Counted from the stretch's first letter, positions 1-11,319 are shown. The stretch: DNA of 64,000 nucleotides from an uncultured Chthonomonadaceae bacterium (GCA_963817895.1 CAWFQB010000004.1:384001-448000), one strand, 5' to 3'. A program made the numbers and translations. Notes: generated by a model from the letters alone, not told the origin.

Positions 1-1148
1 TCGCGCAGGAGGGTACCCCTTGTATTCATAGCTCCGACGGTAATCACTTTCGGGTCGTTGCCGGGACTGGTGATGGAGCCGTATTGCGTCGGACTGTTCG
101 GATCGCTCGCCACGCTACGCCCGCTGTTGCCGGCCGCCACCACAACCACAATCCCCGCGTTCCAGGCGCGTTCGCAGGCCTGACACAGTGGGTCAGTCGC
201 ATAACTTTCGCCAATGGGATGCCCGACGCTCAGATTCAGGATGCGGATGTTGTATACAGCGCGATTGGCAATGCACCAATCAATACCCGCAATTACCGTG
301 CTGACGTTGCCGCCGCCGTTCGCGTCCAGAACTTTGACGCCGACAAATCGGGTATTGGGAGCCATGCGCGTGAAACTGACATTGTAACCGTTGGCGGCAG
401 CCGTCGCGCCGTTGCCGCCAATCAGTCCGGCAACGTGTGTGCCATGCCCGTTATCATCCCCGGGATACCCGGTATTGTTCACCAGATCGTTCCAGCCGAC
501 GATGCGCGACGAGGAAGAAGTCAGGTCGCCGTGTGGGGCAATGCCCGTATCCACGACCGCGACCGTCACGCCCGCCCCGGTTAGATTGTGGTTGGTTTGC
601 AGAAAATCCGCGCCGGTAGTTTCCAGCGCGTAATCCGCATACGCCGCGCCCATGTCACACGCTCGCAGGGGCAGGTCGGGTGATACGTGAAGCGTGTGGC
701 TGTCCGCCGCCAGCGCGGCAATGTCACGGGGATGCAGCCGCGCCGCCAGCGTATTGCCGTTGCCGAGCGTGATAAGCGCCCGCGTGTTTTGACCGCGTTT
801 CGCGGCAAACGTGGCAAGCGAGATTTTGCCGATAAGCGGCTTGACCACTGCGGGAACCGCGCCATCCGTTTGAATAATCACGGCTTGCAGACTGTCGGAG
901 TCGGCGGAAAACGTTTTCAGGCTTTCACGCACTTTGGGCGCGAGTTTGGCTGAAGCGGCGGGCATCATCTGCGCCAACGCGGAGGGCTTTGCCTGCGCGT
1001 GAACCGGGAAGGACGCGCCCCAGAACAGCAGCGAAATCATGCCTGTCAGCAGGCAAATACCTGCCAGGCGAGTGGAGTGAGACGCGTTCTGCGCTGAGGC
1101 AGAAACCGCGCTTTGCGTAGTTTGGGATTTAAAGGACAAAACAGACAT
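1..1148 (-). CDS. S8 family (subtilisin-like) serine peptidase, secreted; 3' end runs off the window
   Basis: Hand translation of the minus strand from ATG 1148 (AAGGAG upstream) is open to position 1. It shows a hydrophobic signal-like N-terminus, then VAVVDTGI, DDNGHGTHVAG, VVVAAGNSG and ITVGA subtilase motifs. Absent from the ORF track because no stop lies in the window. Confidence 0.9.
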   Translation of the reverse strand, partial: MSVLSFKSQTTQSAVSASAQNASHSTRLAGICLLTGMISLLFWGASFPVHAQAKPSALAQMMPAASAKLAPKVRESLKTFSADSDSLQAVIIQTDGAVPAVVKPLIGKISLATFAAKRGQNTRALITLGNGNTLAARLHPRDIAALAADSHTLHVSPDLPLRACDMGAAYADYALETTGADFLQTNHNLTGAGVTVAVVDTGIAPHGDLTSSSSRIVGWNDLVNNTGYPGDDNGHGTHVAGLIGGNGATAAANGYNVSFTRMAPNTRFVGVKVLDANGGGNVSTVIAGIDWCIANRAVYNIRILNLSVGHPIGESYATDPLCQACERAWNAGIVVVVAAGNSGRSVASDPNSPTQYGSITSPGNDPKVITVGAMNTRGTLLR

Positions 1149-1678
1149 TTTTCTCTCCTTGCAGAAAGATAGAAGCAAACATTGTTGAAGTGTCTACAGC
1201 CGAAACCTTGCGTGGGTGTCTTCTCCTGGCAATTAAGCGGTAAATTGCATGGGAAGGGCTGCGTTAAGCGTAGCAATAACAGCAAAGAATAAGACACAAA
1301 AGGCGGTCGCAATCGGGGCAGGATACGCGGCATGGCGTTTGCGCTGCAAGGCGCAGGATCGGGGAAAAGAATAAACAGCGGGAGTCGCGCGCAAATTGAT
1401 ACTTGCGCTGCAAGGCCCGCGCTTAAAAATAATCTCTCATTTCGATTATCGGGTGGGCTGCATAGTAAATTTAGGGGTTTTTTGACATTTTTATAAAAAA
1501 AGACAAAAAAAGTTATTTTGGTCTATAAAGATTGGTAAGCGAACTGCCGATATTGGACAAATACTGTTTTGTTCGGCCACACCCCTCTTAATAAACGCCT
1601 TGCATTTCTCCCGCCTGACCAGTATCATTGTAATACCCGTCCGGCAAACGCAGTTACCTTGTGAGGACACCTAATCTT

Positions 1679-4364
1679 ATGTCATCGAATTCTCCCGCCG
1701 AGCGCAATTATCTGTGTTTTGTCTGTCTGTTGGGATTGTCGGCTTTCGTTGCGACACTGCGACTGCCCCCGGTTGCGGGGGATAATTTCGCCCTGTTGCC
1801 TGTGGGCATAGCTGTCCTGTTCGCTGTAGGGGCGGGCATGTGTAAAGTGCAACTCCCCTCCTCCAAACGGCAGCCTGAGCAGGCGCGTTATGTAACGCTT
1901 GCTTTTCTGGTAACCTTCGGAACGCTGTTGGTCCTGGGCATACGCGCGGGCGTACTGGCCGGAGTGATTTCACAGCTTGCCACGGATTTGTATCCTCGTC
2001 CCAACAAACTGCGCCCGCTGCTGTTCAATGCCGCGTCCCTGGCAACCACAGCCTGGTGTTCCGGCCAAATTTTCGCCTGGCTCAATCATGGGGTGGGCGC
2101 GGAAAAGCCCCAATCCCTTTTCGCGATTCTCGCCGCTTTTAGCGCCTACTTTTTGCTGAACACCGGGTTGCTGGCGATTATGATCGCTTTGCGTGCCGCG
2201 TCAATCGGTATTCGAGGTCTGGCGCAGAGATTTTACATGGGCTATTCCGCTGCATCTGACGCAAGCCGCCGTTGCCGCATTTGCCTTCCTGTTTGTCAAG
2301 GATCTTCGCGCGCTGCTGCTGTTCGTTCCCATCGTGCCGCTTGCGCTTCAATACTATAGGTTCTATACCGACTCGGCCTCCAAGACACAGCAGCTTATTG
2401 ATACGCTGGAAGCGGGCAAGGAGGAGATGGCGGAACTGTACCTGTCTACAGTAAAATCGCTGGCGACAGCTATTGCCGCCAAAGATCAATACACGCACGC
2501 GCACATTCATCGCGTCCAGCACTACGCGGTCGCCATCGCGGAAGCCATGTGTGTTTCTGAAGACGATATGGGGGCTATTCGCACCGGGGCCGTGCTGCAT
2601 GACATCGGCAAACTGGGTGTGCCGGATTACGTGCTGCTCAAGCCCGGCCGCCTGACGCCGGAAGAGTTCGAGAAAATGAAGCGGCATCCGGTTGTGGGGG
2701 CGGACATACTGGAACCCGTCAAATTTCCCTGGCCGGTGGTGGACGTGGTGCGCCACCACCATGAGCGCTGGGATGGCGCGGGCTATCCCGACAAATTGAC
2801 AGGCGAAGCAATCCCTTTGAGCGCGCGCATACTATCGGTTGCCGACGTTTATGACGCGCTGACCTCGGATCGTCCTTACCGCGCGGCGTGGCCGCCCCGG
2901 AAAACACAGGATTATCTGATTACCGAAGCCGGCGTACAATTCGATCCGCGCGTGGTTGCGGCGTTCTTGAAGGTTGTAGATCAGGTTGATCTGACGATGC
3001 GGGAACTCGACAACGTGGCGGCAAACGCGGAAGCGGTTACGGGACATCTCTCCCCGGAAGGCGTGGCTCTGGGCGCGTCGCGGCAGATTCGCCACTCCGC
3101 CTCAGAGTTGTGGGTGTTCTATGAGGTCAGTCAGGCGCTCAATTCGCCCATCTCCATGCAGCAACGGCTGGCATTGCTCGGCCAAAAACTGACCGCCATT
3201 ATGCCGGGAACAACCTGCGCGTTCCTGCTGTATGAGACGCCGGAAAGCCTTCTGGCGACCACAACGTCCTCAAGTGGATTTGCATTGTCGCAGGATCAGG
3301 AGTTGATACTGTCTGAGGCGAAGGCCGAGAATGTGGATGCCGGTAAAGTTCATTCGGATCGCAGAAAACGGCAAGAGGAAAAGATTGGCCTGCCGCGCCT
3401 GCGCGTTTATGCGGCGGCGGGGCAGAATGTGGACGTGTTACAATCAAATGTAATTATCAACGTCAATTCGCCCTCGTCCATCGCGGCGCGCAGCCGCCGC
3501 CCGTATCGGGGCGCTTATGTGGATGAGGGGCTGACCTGGTCTATGTCGGCGGGCGAAGCGCGGCCTGTGCGCTCGGTCATGGTTGTGCCGCTTTTGCATG
3601 GCGAGGAGACTCTGGGAACCATGACGTTCTATCATCGCGATCTGGCCGGGTTCAGCGCGGATGATGAGCATCTGCTGAGTATGATCGGCGAACAGGTACA
3701 ATCCGCGCTGCATCAGGAACGAGAGTATGCGCGTACCTACAGCGACGCGAACACGGACGCGCTGACCGGACTGAACAACATGCGCTGCCTGCGTCAGAAG
3801 ATGGACGGAATGCCGCTTCTGCACCCGCAAATTGAGTGCGCCGTGTTATATCTGGATTTAGACAATTTCAAGAATGTGAACACGCGCTTCGGCCATCCCC
3901 TCGGCAGCCGGGTTTTGCGCGAAGTGGCGCAATTGCTGCCGCGCGAACTGCGTCCGACAGACATGGCCGTGCGCTATGGCGGCGATGAGTTTGTGATTGT
4001 TTTGCCGCAGACCGATGAAGCGGGCGCGCGCGAAGTGGCCGCGCGTATTCGCGCCGAAGTGCAAAACTACCGCCCCGCGTTTCTTGCGGACTTCGACGCT
4101 TCCTGTTATCTGGACGTGAGCATCGGCCTTGCCTGCGCTCCCCCGGACGGCATGGATATGGAAGAACTGGTGGCCATTGCCGACCGGCGCATGTATGAGA
4201 TCAAATCGCGGCAAAAAGCGACGGAAGACGCTCTGGCTTGCGTGAATTCAAGGGTGAATGAAGACGTAGCCTCCGAACTGCGCTGCCTGTTCGCCCAACC
4301 CCTGTGTCTGGATACCGCTGTGGTTGCCCGCGTCATGGAACAGTTGGCAACAGCGGGCGGTTAG
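1679..4364 (+). CDS. Membrane-anchored HD-GYP + GAF + GGDEF c-di-GMP enzyme, split by a frameshift near 2190-2210
   Basis: ORF 1661..2359 is a multi-TM N-terminus. ORF 2193..4364 continues the TM region, then HDIGK...HHERWDGAGYP, a GAF-like segment and DLDNFK...RYGGDEF. Confidence 0.88.
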
Positions 4365-4377
4365 TGGCGTCTGGTGG

Positions 4378-4407
4378 TTGACTTCCGGCCTGCAAACACC
4401 GTATAAT
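4378..4407 (+). promoter_or_regulatory. Sigma70-like promoter upstream of hisD
   Basis: TTGACT (4378-4383), 18 bp spacer, TATAAT (4402-4407). Confidence 0.55.
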
Positions 4408-4427
4408 GAGAAAAGATTTGTCACTAT

Positions 4428-4463
4428 CAGCCCTCCGCGCCCTATCGCGGATGGCTGTTTTTT
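4428..4463 (+). terminator. Intrinsic-terminator-like hairpin with U-tract
   Basis: cagcc-c-tccgcg...cgcgga-t-ggctg (one mismatch) followed by tttttt. Confidence 0.55.
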
Positions 4464-4534
4464 AAGTGAGAGTGAAGAGTGAGAGTGAGAGAAAAGACCT
4501 GTTCACTCTCACTCTCCACTCTTCACTCTTACTT
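4464..4534. repeat. Palindromic short-period repeat (GAGAGT/GAGAGTG units and inverted complement)
   Basis: aagtgagagtgaagagtgagagtgaga ... tcactctcactctccactcttcactcttactt; second copy at 7068-7127. Confidence 0.8.
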
Positions 4535-4550
4535 CTAAAGGAACACTGCT

Positions 4551-5852
4551 TTGCGGATTTTGCGAGTGGCTCAGGATGGATACGAGCGTTGCCGCGCGGC
4601 TCTGGCGCGTACCACGCTACAGGACAACCCCCGCGTGGAAGCGATAGTACGCGACATCATTGCGGACACGCGGGCGCGGGGTGACGCGGCCCTGCTGGAA
4701 CTCAGCCGTCGCTTCGATTCACCGCATCTGGACACGCTGGAAGTTCTCCGCGCCGATTGGGACGAGGCAGAGGCCGAGATCGCGCCCGCTTTGCGCGACG
4801 CCGTGCGCCAATCCGCCGCCAACATCGAAAAGTTTCATGTTCAGCAGCGCAAAACAAGCTGGCTGGACGCGCAGCCCGACCGTATTCTGGGGCAGCTTGT
4901 GCGCCCCTTAGATAAAGTGGGCGTGTACGTTCCCGGCGGCACGGCGGCGTATCCGAGTACGGTGCTGATGGCGGCGATTCCCGCGATTGTGGCGGGTGTG
5001 CCGGAGGTGATTCTGTGTACTCCCGTTCAGAAGGACGGGAAAGTTCCGCCGCTTGTGCTGTACGCGGCCAAAGTGGCGGGCGTACAGCGCGTCATCACGG
5101 TCGGGGGAGCGCAGGCGATAGCCGCTCTTGCTTATGGAACTGCAACCGTACCTGCTGTGGATAAGATTGTCGGACCGGGCAACGTGTATGTCAACATCGC
5201 CAAAAAACAGTTGTGGGGCGTAGTGGATATTGACATGCTTGCCGGACCGAGCGAAGTGTGCGTGGTCGCCGACGAACACGCCAACCCCATCTTTGCCGCA
5301 ATGGACCTGCTCACGCAGGCCGAACACGACGTGGAAGCCGCCGCCTTCCTGATTACGCCCTCGGAAACGCTGGCGCAGGCGGTTTTGAAAGAGATCGAGC
5401 GGCAACTGACGCGATTGCCCCGGCGCGACATTCTGCTCAAATCGCTGGAAGACAACAGCGCGGTTCTTGTCACCGAAACGCTGGCGCAGGCTTACGACCT
5501 CGCCAACGCCTGCGCCCCGGAACATCTGGCTCTGATGGTGCGCGACCCGCTTGCCGCGCTCGGCCACATCCGCAACGCGGGCGCGATTCTGATGGGCGAT
5601 TACACGCCGCAGACACTGGGCGACTACTTCGCGGGGCCAAGCCATACGCTTCCCACCAGCGGAACCGCGCGTTTCGCCTCGCCCCTGCACGTAGATACCT
5701 TTGTAAAAAAGTCCAGCTTCCTGTACTACACCAAAACCGCGCTTGAAGATGTGGCGGATTCACTCACGTCCTTTGCCTGCGCCGAAGGTTTTGACGCCCA
5801 CGCCGAAGCCGTCCGCGTCCGCGTCGCAGGTTCCCCTGACCCGACAAGTTGA
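4551..5852 (+). CDS. hisD: Histidinol dehydrogenase
   Basis: GVYVPGG...YPSTVLM, GGAQAIAALAYGT, VDKIVGPGNVYV, DMLAGPSE, QAEHD, APEHL, GDYFAGPSHTLPT. Confidence 0.97.
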   Translation: MRILRVAQDGYERCRAALARTTLQDNPRVEAIVRDIIADTRARGDAALLELSRRFDSPHLDTLEVLRADWDEAEAEIAPALRDAVRQSAANIEKFHVQQRKTSWLDAQPDRILGQLVRPLDKVGVYVPGGTAAYPSTVLMAAIPAIVAGVPEVILCTPVQKDGKVPPLVLYAAKVAGVQRVITVGGAQAIAALAYGTATVPAVDKIVGPGNVYVNIAKKQLWGVVDIDMLAGPSEVCVVADEHANPIFAAMDLLTQAEHDVEAAAFLITPSETLAQAVLKEIERQLTRLPRRDILLKSLEDNSAVLVTETLAQAYDLANACAPEHLALMVRDPLAALGHIRNAGAILMGDYTPQTLGDYFAGPSHTLPTSGTARFASPLHVDTFVKKSSFLYYTKTALEDVADSLTSFACAEGFDAHAEAVRVRVAGSPDPTS

Positions 5853-5903
5853 CACATGACTGCTATTATGCAGCCATATATCGCGCTTTGCAATGAAATG
5901 CTG

Positions 5904-6046
5904 TAACTGTTCACCACCAAGACGCCAAGAACACCAAGAAGAACGAGAAGAACGACATTATAAACTTGTCGAAACTCTCCTGCGTTCCAAGCCTTTGTAG
6001 TTGCTTTTGATCTTGGTGTTCTTGGCGTCTTGGTGGTGAACAGTTA
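5904..6046. repeat. 143-bp MITE-like element with perfect 36-bp terminal inverted repeats
   Basis: taactgttcaccaccaagacgccaagaacaccaaga (5904-5939) and its exact reverse complement (6011-6046), between convergent hisD and purQ. Confidence 0.8.
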
Positions 6047-6058
6047 TAAAATGCGTAT

Positions 6059-6808
6059 CTACTTCATCGCCGCCTGAACCGTTTGTATCAGCGACGCGAA
6101 AACGCCCCTGCCGTCCGCGGAACCGAGGATTTTCTCGCAGGCGCGTTCGGGGTGGGGCATCATGCCCATCACGTTGAAACGGGCGTTGGCGATTCCGGCA
6201 ATGCTGTCGAGGGAGCCGTTCGGGTTGGCGTCGGGCGCGGGTTCGCCGTTTTCATTGACGTAGCGGAATAAAATGCGCCCGTTCGCTTCCATTTCCAGAC
6301 GCGCTTCCTCGTCGCACACATAGCAGCCCTCGCCGTGCGCGACGGGAATACGCAGCAGTTGTCCGGCTTTGTAGCCGCCCGTAAACGGCGTGGTATTGTT
6401 TTCCACGCGCAGGATTGTGCTTTTGCACACGAATTTGCAGCCCGCGTTGCGGACAAGCGCGCCGGGTAACAGATGCGCCTCGCACAGCACCTGAAAGCCG
6501 TTGCAAATGCCGATAACGTAGCCGCCCCGATCCGCATGGGCGCGTACCGCGTCCATCACGGGCGCGAACCGGGCAACCGCCCCCGTGCGCAGATAGTCGC
6601 CATACGAAAATCCGCCCGGAAGGACGATCACATCGAAACCTTTTAGACTGGTCTCCTGATGCCACACGTACTCGACTGGCACATTCAGCACATCCTTCAG
6701 CGCGTAATAGGCGTCCTGATCGCAGTTGGAACCGGGAAAGCGCACAACCGCGAACTTCGGGGCGCGTCCGCCCGTTTTTGCCACATTCGGCATTGCTGTC
6801 GCCGTCAT
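6059..6808 (-). CDS. purQ: Phosphoribosylformylglycinamidine synthase subunit PurQ
   Basis: FPGSNCD, LPGGFSYGDYLR, GICNGFQ, PVAHGEG, NPNGS, MMPHPER. Start MTATAM overlaps the purS stop. Confidence 0.96.
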   Translation of the reverse strand: MTATAMPNVAKTGGRAPKFAVVRFPGSNCDQDAYYALKDVLNVPVEYVWHQETSLKGFDVIVLPGGFSYGDYLRTGAVARFAPVMDAVRAHADRGGYVIGICNGFQVLCEAHLLPGALVRNAGCKFVCKSTILRVENNTTPFTGGYKAGQLLRIPVAHGEGCYVCDEEARLEMEANGRILFRYVNENGEPAPDANPNGSLDSIAGIANARFNVMGMMPHPERACEKILGSADGRGVFASLIQTVQAAMK

Positions 6809-7053
6809 TTCATCACCTCGTAACGATAATTCTCGATGACGGGATTGGCAAGCAGGCGGTCGCACATCTCTTTGATTTGCGCTTCCATGCCCGCCTGATC
6901 TTTGTTCCCCTCGATTTCCAGTTCCATATACTTGCCGATGCGAACCTGCGAAACATCCCCGTAGCCCATAGAATGAAGGGCGTCCTGCACCACGCGCCCC
7001 TGCGCATCCAGCAGCGTGGGCTTCAGGGTCACAAACACTTTTACCTGCGGCAT
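6805..7053 (-). CDS. purS: Phosphoribosylformylglycinamidine synthase subunit PurS
   Basis: VTLKPTLLDAQG...VRIGKY...MCDRLLANPVIENY; directly upstream of purQ. Confidence 0.95.
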   Translation of the reverse strand: MPQVKVFVTLKPTLLDAQGRVVQDALHSMGYGDVSQVRIGKYMELEIEGNKDQAGMEAQIKEMCDRLLANPVIENYRYEVMK

Positions 7054-7067
7054 ATTTTCTCCTTCGG

Positions 7068-7127
7068 AGAAGTGAGAGTGGAGAGTGAGAGTAAATGCTT
7101 GTTCTCTCACTCTCCACTCTCACTTCT
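7068..7127. repeat. Palindromic GAGAGTG-type short-period repeat (second copy)
   Basis: agaagtgagagtggagagtgagag ... ctctcactctccactctcacttct. Confidence 0.8.
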
Positions 7128-7129
7128 GT

Positions 7130-9011
7130 TCACTGTCCAAACACTGCAAAGCCCAATAGCGTAATCAATCCATTATGAATACCGTGCAATATCATGCCCG
7201 GCAGCAGCGAACCGCGCTTTTCGTACACGAGCGCGAGCGCGATTCCAATGGCCCAGATGGTCAGAAAGCCTCCGGGCAGGGTGGGGTGTACGAGCGAGAA
7301 GATGGCAGCGGATAGCATCGCCGCGCCCATAACGCCGAACCGTTGGCGCAGAGCCGAATACAGCAGGCCGCGAAACATCGTCTCTTCCACTATCGGCGCG
7401 ATGACGGCAGCTATCACGAAGATCATGATTTTGTCCGGCAATTGCAGCGCGGCCATTGTCTCGAATTGCGCGGGGTTGACCGGCGTGTGAAAGCGGTGAA
7501 AGAGAAAGTGAGAAACCGCGCCCGCCAGCAGCAGTCCGGGCATCAGCAGGAGATAGGCGACGGTTCCCGCTTTCACTTCGGCAAACAGGCTGCGGCAGCG
7601 GTAGCCAAGATGCGCCAGCAACGCCCGCATTGTCAGGGGGCGGGGGAACGGCATGGAGGACGCGAGCCGCGCCCGAAGCGCGTACAAAGGAACCAGAAAA
7701 ATGGGTATGTACAGCGCGTAACGCAGCGCGGAGTACACGCGCAGCAGTTGGGTATAGTTCAGATCATCCAGACGGGGGGAAAAGGGGCGCATCGCGTAGC
7801 CGAGCAACAGGCCGAAAACCGTATGCCCGACAAGATAAACGATAAACGCCACAAGCAGCCCGGAAGCAACCATCGCGGGCGGCGCATCAAGCAAACGGAG
7901 CGGAAATGTGGCGCGTCCTTCCCTGCCCGCCTCGACTTCGGCAAGGGGCGCGCTGTTGACGTGGAAGGCTGTTGACGGCGTGGGCGCGTATGTTTGCGCG
8001 GAAAACGCGCGGGCGGCCTGCTCATCCCGCGCGTCGCGGTTCCGGTGCAAGCGACGGGCAATTGCCGAAATGCTGTAGCAGAGCGCTAACAGACACCCCA
8101 ACTCCAAACCATTGATCTGAACATTTTCCAGTTCGCGCGTGTTTCTGGCCGAGTGGTCGGCAGCCTCTGCCGCTCTCACTGCCTCGGAATGGAGTCCGGC
8201 CTTCCGGTACAACTGCGCCAGCGCGACGTTTTCAAACCAGCCGAGCCGAAGCTGTTTGAGCGTATTCCGCAGGCCGGGAACCTGTGTCGCAGTGATTGTC
8301 CGCGTACTGTATAATGCCTGCCATGCCACCAGTTCCTGCGCTGCGTCTATGCCGGTTTGCCCGTGTCCGAACGGGTCTACATCGCTGTTGCCCGTAATGG
8401 CGGCGCGTTTGGGGCGGGGCTGCGCGGGGGGCAGTGGAAACTTGTCCCCGACATGCGCAAGAGCATCCAGCGCGCCCGGACGCTGAAACAGAGCCAGAAC
8501 AATGCCCAATCGCCGCCATTCCGCCGCCCGCGCCTGGTTGTTTCGTACCGTGCCGCGCCATTTCTCAACGACCTCATCTTCCCGCGTCCGCGCCGGGGAT
8601 TTGAAAACTTTCGAGCCTGTTTTTGTGCCTGAAACCGTTTTTGAAGACGATTTCGACGAAGAACTCGCGCCCGAAACCTGAAACGGCGGAAGGCGTAAAG
8701 GGGCGCTTTGGGATTGCGGCGGAAGCGGGGCGCGCAAAAACCAGATCGGGAGTATACGCGGACTTGGTGGAAATCAGCGCGTCATACGAAGCCATATACA
8801 GGTCGGAAAGCGCGCGGCGGGACGGCGTTTCGGGGGCAATGAGAAGCGTTTGCGCCACCAGTCCCGACACGACAAGGAACAGGACGACGCCCAACAGCCG
8901 ACGATTAAGGAGCAGCGCCCCGGCGCGAAGCCGCAGGCGGTTTCCGCGCGAAACGGCAGGCGTTATGCCTGTATCGAGCGGCGTATCGGGCGCGGAAGTG
9001 TCGAATGTCAT
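7130..9011 (-). CDS. CPBP (CAAX/Abi) family intramembrane metalloprotease with long N-terminal extension; frameshift near 8740
   Basis: C-terminal APIVEETMFRG, FSLVH and HGIHN motifs in ORF 7130..8737. The N-terminal TM part is in overlapping ORF 8574..9011. Confidence 0.85.
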
Positions 9012-9059
9012 GGGGCAGGTCTTTGTGTCAAACGTTTTGGCGAAGTTCAGCGCAGAGTA

Positions 9060-9330
9060 TTATAGCGATCTCAGGAAGCCTGCGACCATTTGAATGATAA
9101 CGATGGCGATGGCGGGCGAAATGTCAATGCCGCCAAAAGCGCGGGGCGGAATCACGCGCCGGATGGGATCAAGAATCGGGTCCGACAGTTTTTTGACGGT
9201 CAGGAAGAACGGCGAGGAGTTCCGACAGAACCCGCAGAACAACCAGCCAACTGACCGCCCATTCCACAACAATCAGCGTGGTCAGCGCGTCCAGCAGAAG
9301 CGCGAAAATTCCTCCAACAGTCATAGTCAT
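9060..9330 (-). CDS. YggT family membrane protein, frameshifted near 9220
   Basis: LSDPILDPIRRVIPP...GGIDISPAIAI motif. The hydrophobic N-terminus (MTMTVGGIFALLLDALTTLIVVEWAVSWL) is in another frame. Confidence 0.8.
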
Positions 9331-9348
9331 TACGTACATGGCGCAATT

Positions 9349-10080
9349 CTACCCCTTATGCTTGTCCCGTTCCTGTTTGGCGCGTTCCAGGCGAATGGGA
9401 GCCAATTTATCATCCGGGTAGCGCGTCGCGCCCTCCCATGCGGATACGGATTTATCCCACTGCTCTGTTTTTTCGTAGCACAAAGCCAGACTGTGCCACG
9501 TTGCCCAGGGGCATTTGAACTTTACGGCTTTTTCGTAGTAGGGGATTGCGGTACTCGCGTCCCGCAAGTGAAGCCAGTAGTGAGCGCCCATCTCGTCATA
9601 CAGATAATACGTGTCAGGATTGGCCTGTATTCCCTGCTGCAAAAAAGCGATGGCCTGATCGTTGCGGTCAGTGCTCCACAGCAGCAGCGCGGCGGTGCCA
9701 TACGCTTCGACATTATGTGGGTCGCCCTGTACCACGATGCGGTTGATATTGATCGCATGATTGTACTCGCCCTCATGAAAATGGTCATCCGCTTTCTCGT
9801 AAATCTGTCTCAAACTGTCTGCGAGAATGGCGTCCGCCGTTTCCTGCGCGCTTGTGGGATACAGCTTGATTGTCTGTGCCTTGCTCGCCTTGCCCGCTTT
9901 GGGATTCGAGACGGAGGGCGGCGCGGGTTTGGTATGGAAAACGGAGGGAGGATGGCGCAGAACCGGCGACTGCGAAGCCGGAGCCTGCGCCGTCGCAGGC
10001 AATGCCCACAACAAACTCGCTGCAACAAGGCATCCAAAAGAGTAGAAGCGGGTTTTTAGAATAAATATAGGTAGCGGCAT
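9349..10080 (-). CDS. Secreted tetratricopeptide-repeat protein
   Basis: Signal peptide (LLWALPATAQA); TPR-like repeats AIAFLQQGIQANPD, AIPYYEKAVK, LALCYEKTEQWDKSVSAWE. Confidence 0.75.
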   Translation of the reverse strand: MPLPIFILKTRFYSFGCLVAASLLWALPATAQAPASQSPVLRHPPSVFHTKPAPPSVSNPKAGKASKAQTIKLYPTSAQETADAILADSLRQIYEKADDHFHEGEYNHAININRIVVQGDPHNVEAYGTAALLLWSTDRNDQAIAFLQQGIQANPDTYYLYDEMGAHYWLHLRDASTAIPYYEKAVKFKCPWATWHSLALCYEKTEQWDKSVSAWEGATRYPDDKLAPIRLERAKQERDKHKG

Positions 10081-10095
10081 ATATGTATAGTCTGC

Positions 10096-11319
10096 TTATT
10101 GATGGCGTGGCGACAATCGGGCCACGACATCGGCAGCGGCTTCGCGCACGGACGGGTCTTTATGGGTGAGAGGGCGCGAACTTGCGGCAGCGCGCCCGCG
10201 TCGCCGATACGCCCGATGGCAAGCGCGGCGGCTTTGGGAATGGCCTCGTCGCTGTCGCCGAAAACGCCGATCAACGCGGGTACGGCGGATTTGTCGCCGA
10301 TTTTGCCCAACGCTTTCGCGCTTTGTTCGCGCACATCCTCATTCGGGTCTTTCAAGCCCCTGCACAACGCGCCAACCGCCCGCTTGTCGCGCAATATTTC
10401 CCAGCGCCTGCGCCGCGTTCCAGCGCGCCAGAACGAACGAGTCCGTATGCAGCATGCGGGTCAGCGGTTCCACGCCCCGCGCATCGCGCAGCATGCCAAG
10501 CGCGTTGGCCGCCTGCCTGCGCAAAAACTTATCCTGATCTTTCAATCCGGCAATCAGCATGGGCGCGGCGGATTTATCGCCTAACGCGCCAAGCGCATAC
10601 GCCGCATAAAAGCGCAATCCGAACGGCTGCGTATCCGTGCCCTGCGCGATTTTAAGCAGGGTGGGAACGGCGGATTTGTCGCCGATAGCGGCAAGGGATA
10701 CGGCTGCCGCGCTTTGCACATCATGGCGCGAGTCCCGCAAAAGCGCGAGGAGCGGCGTCACGCTGGCTTTGTCGCGGACACGTCCGAGCGCGGCGGCGGC
10801 TTTCAGGCGGACGCGCGGGTTCGGGTCGGAAAGCAGGGGGCGCAGCGCATCCCCGGCGCGCGGGTCGCCAATAGTGCCCAACGCTTCCGTCGCCGCGCTT
10901 CGCACCAGAGGATTCGCGTCTTTTGTGGCAACCGCAAGCCCGTTCGCCGCGCGCTTGTCACCCATAATGCCCAACAGCGTTGCCGCGCCTGCCCGACGAT
11001 ATCCGTTGCTTTTATCCTGCAACGCGGCCAGCAGCGGGGGAAGCGTATTCGCGTCTTTGCTGTCGAGCGTGGAAGCCAGGGCGCGAACCGCCTGCCCCCG
11101 CACGGATTCTTCCGCATCCCCGGAAGCCGTAATCAGGGCCGGAATCGCGCGCTTGCTTTTTTCGCGCACAAGCGCTTCCGCCGCATCCGAGCGCAGGGAA
11201 ACATGCGGCGAACTCAACTGCTTTATCAGGTCGTCCACGTGGTCTGCGCGAACGGCGCTTGCCGGAAAAGCAAGGATTACGATAGTCGCCAGATTTTGCG
11301 CCCAACGGCCCTGTCGCAT
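10096..11319 (-). CDS. Secreted HEAT (PBS-lyase-type) repeat protein, two apparent frameshifts (~10390, ~10170)
   Basis: Repeated VRxxAAxALGxIGDxxAVPxL units across ORFs 10339..11319 and 10056..10394. The last unit LTHKDPSVREAAADVVARL is in a third frame ending at 10096. Confidence 0.85.
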
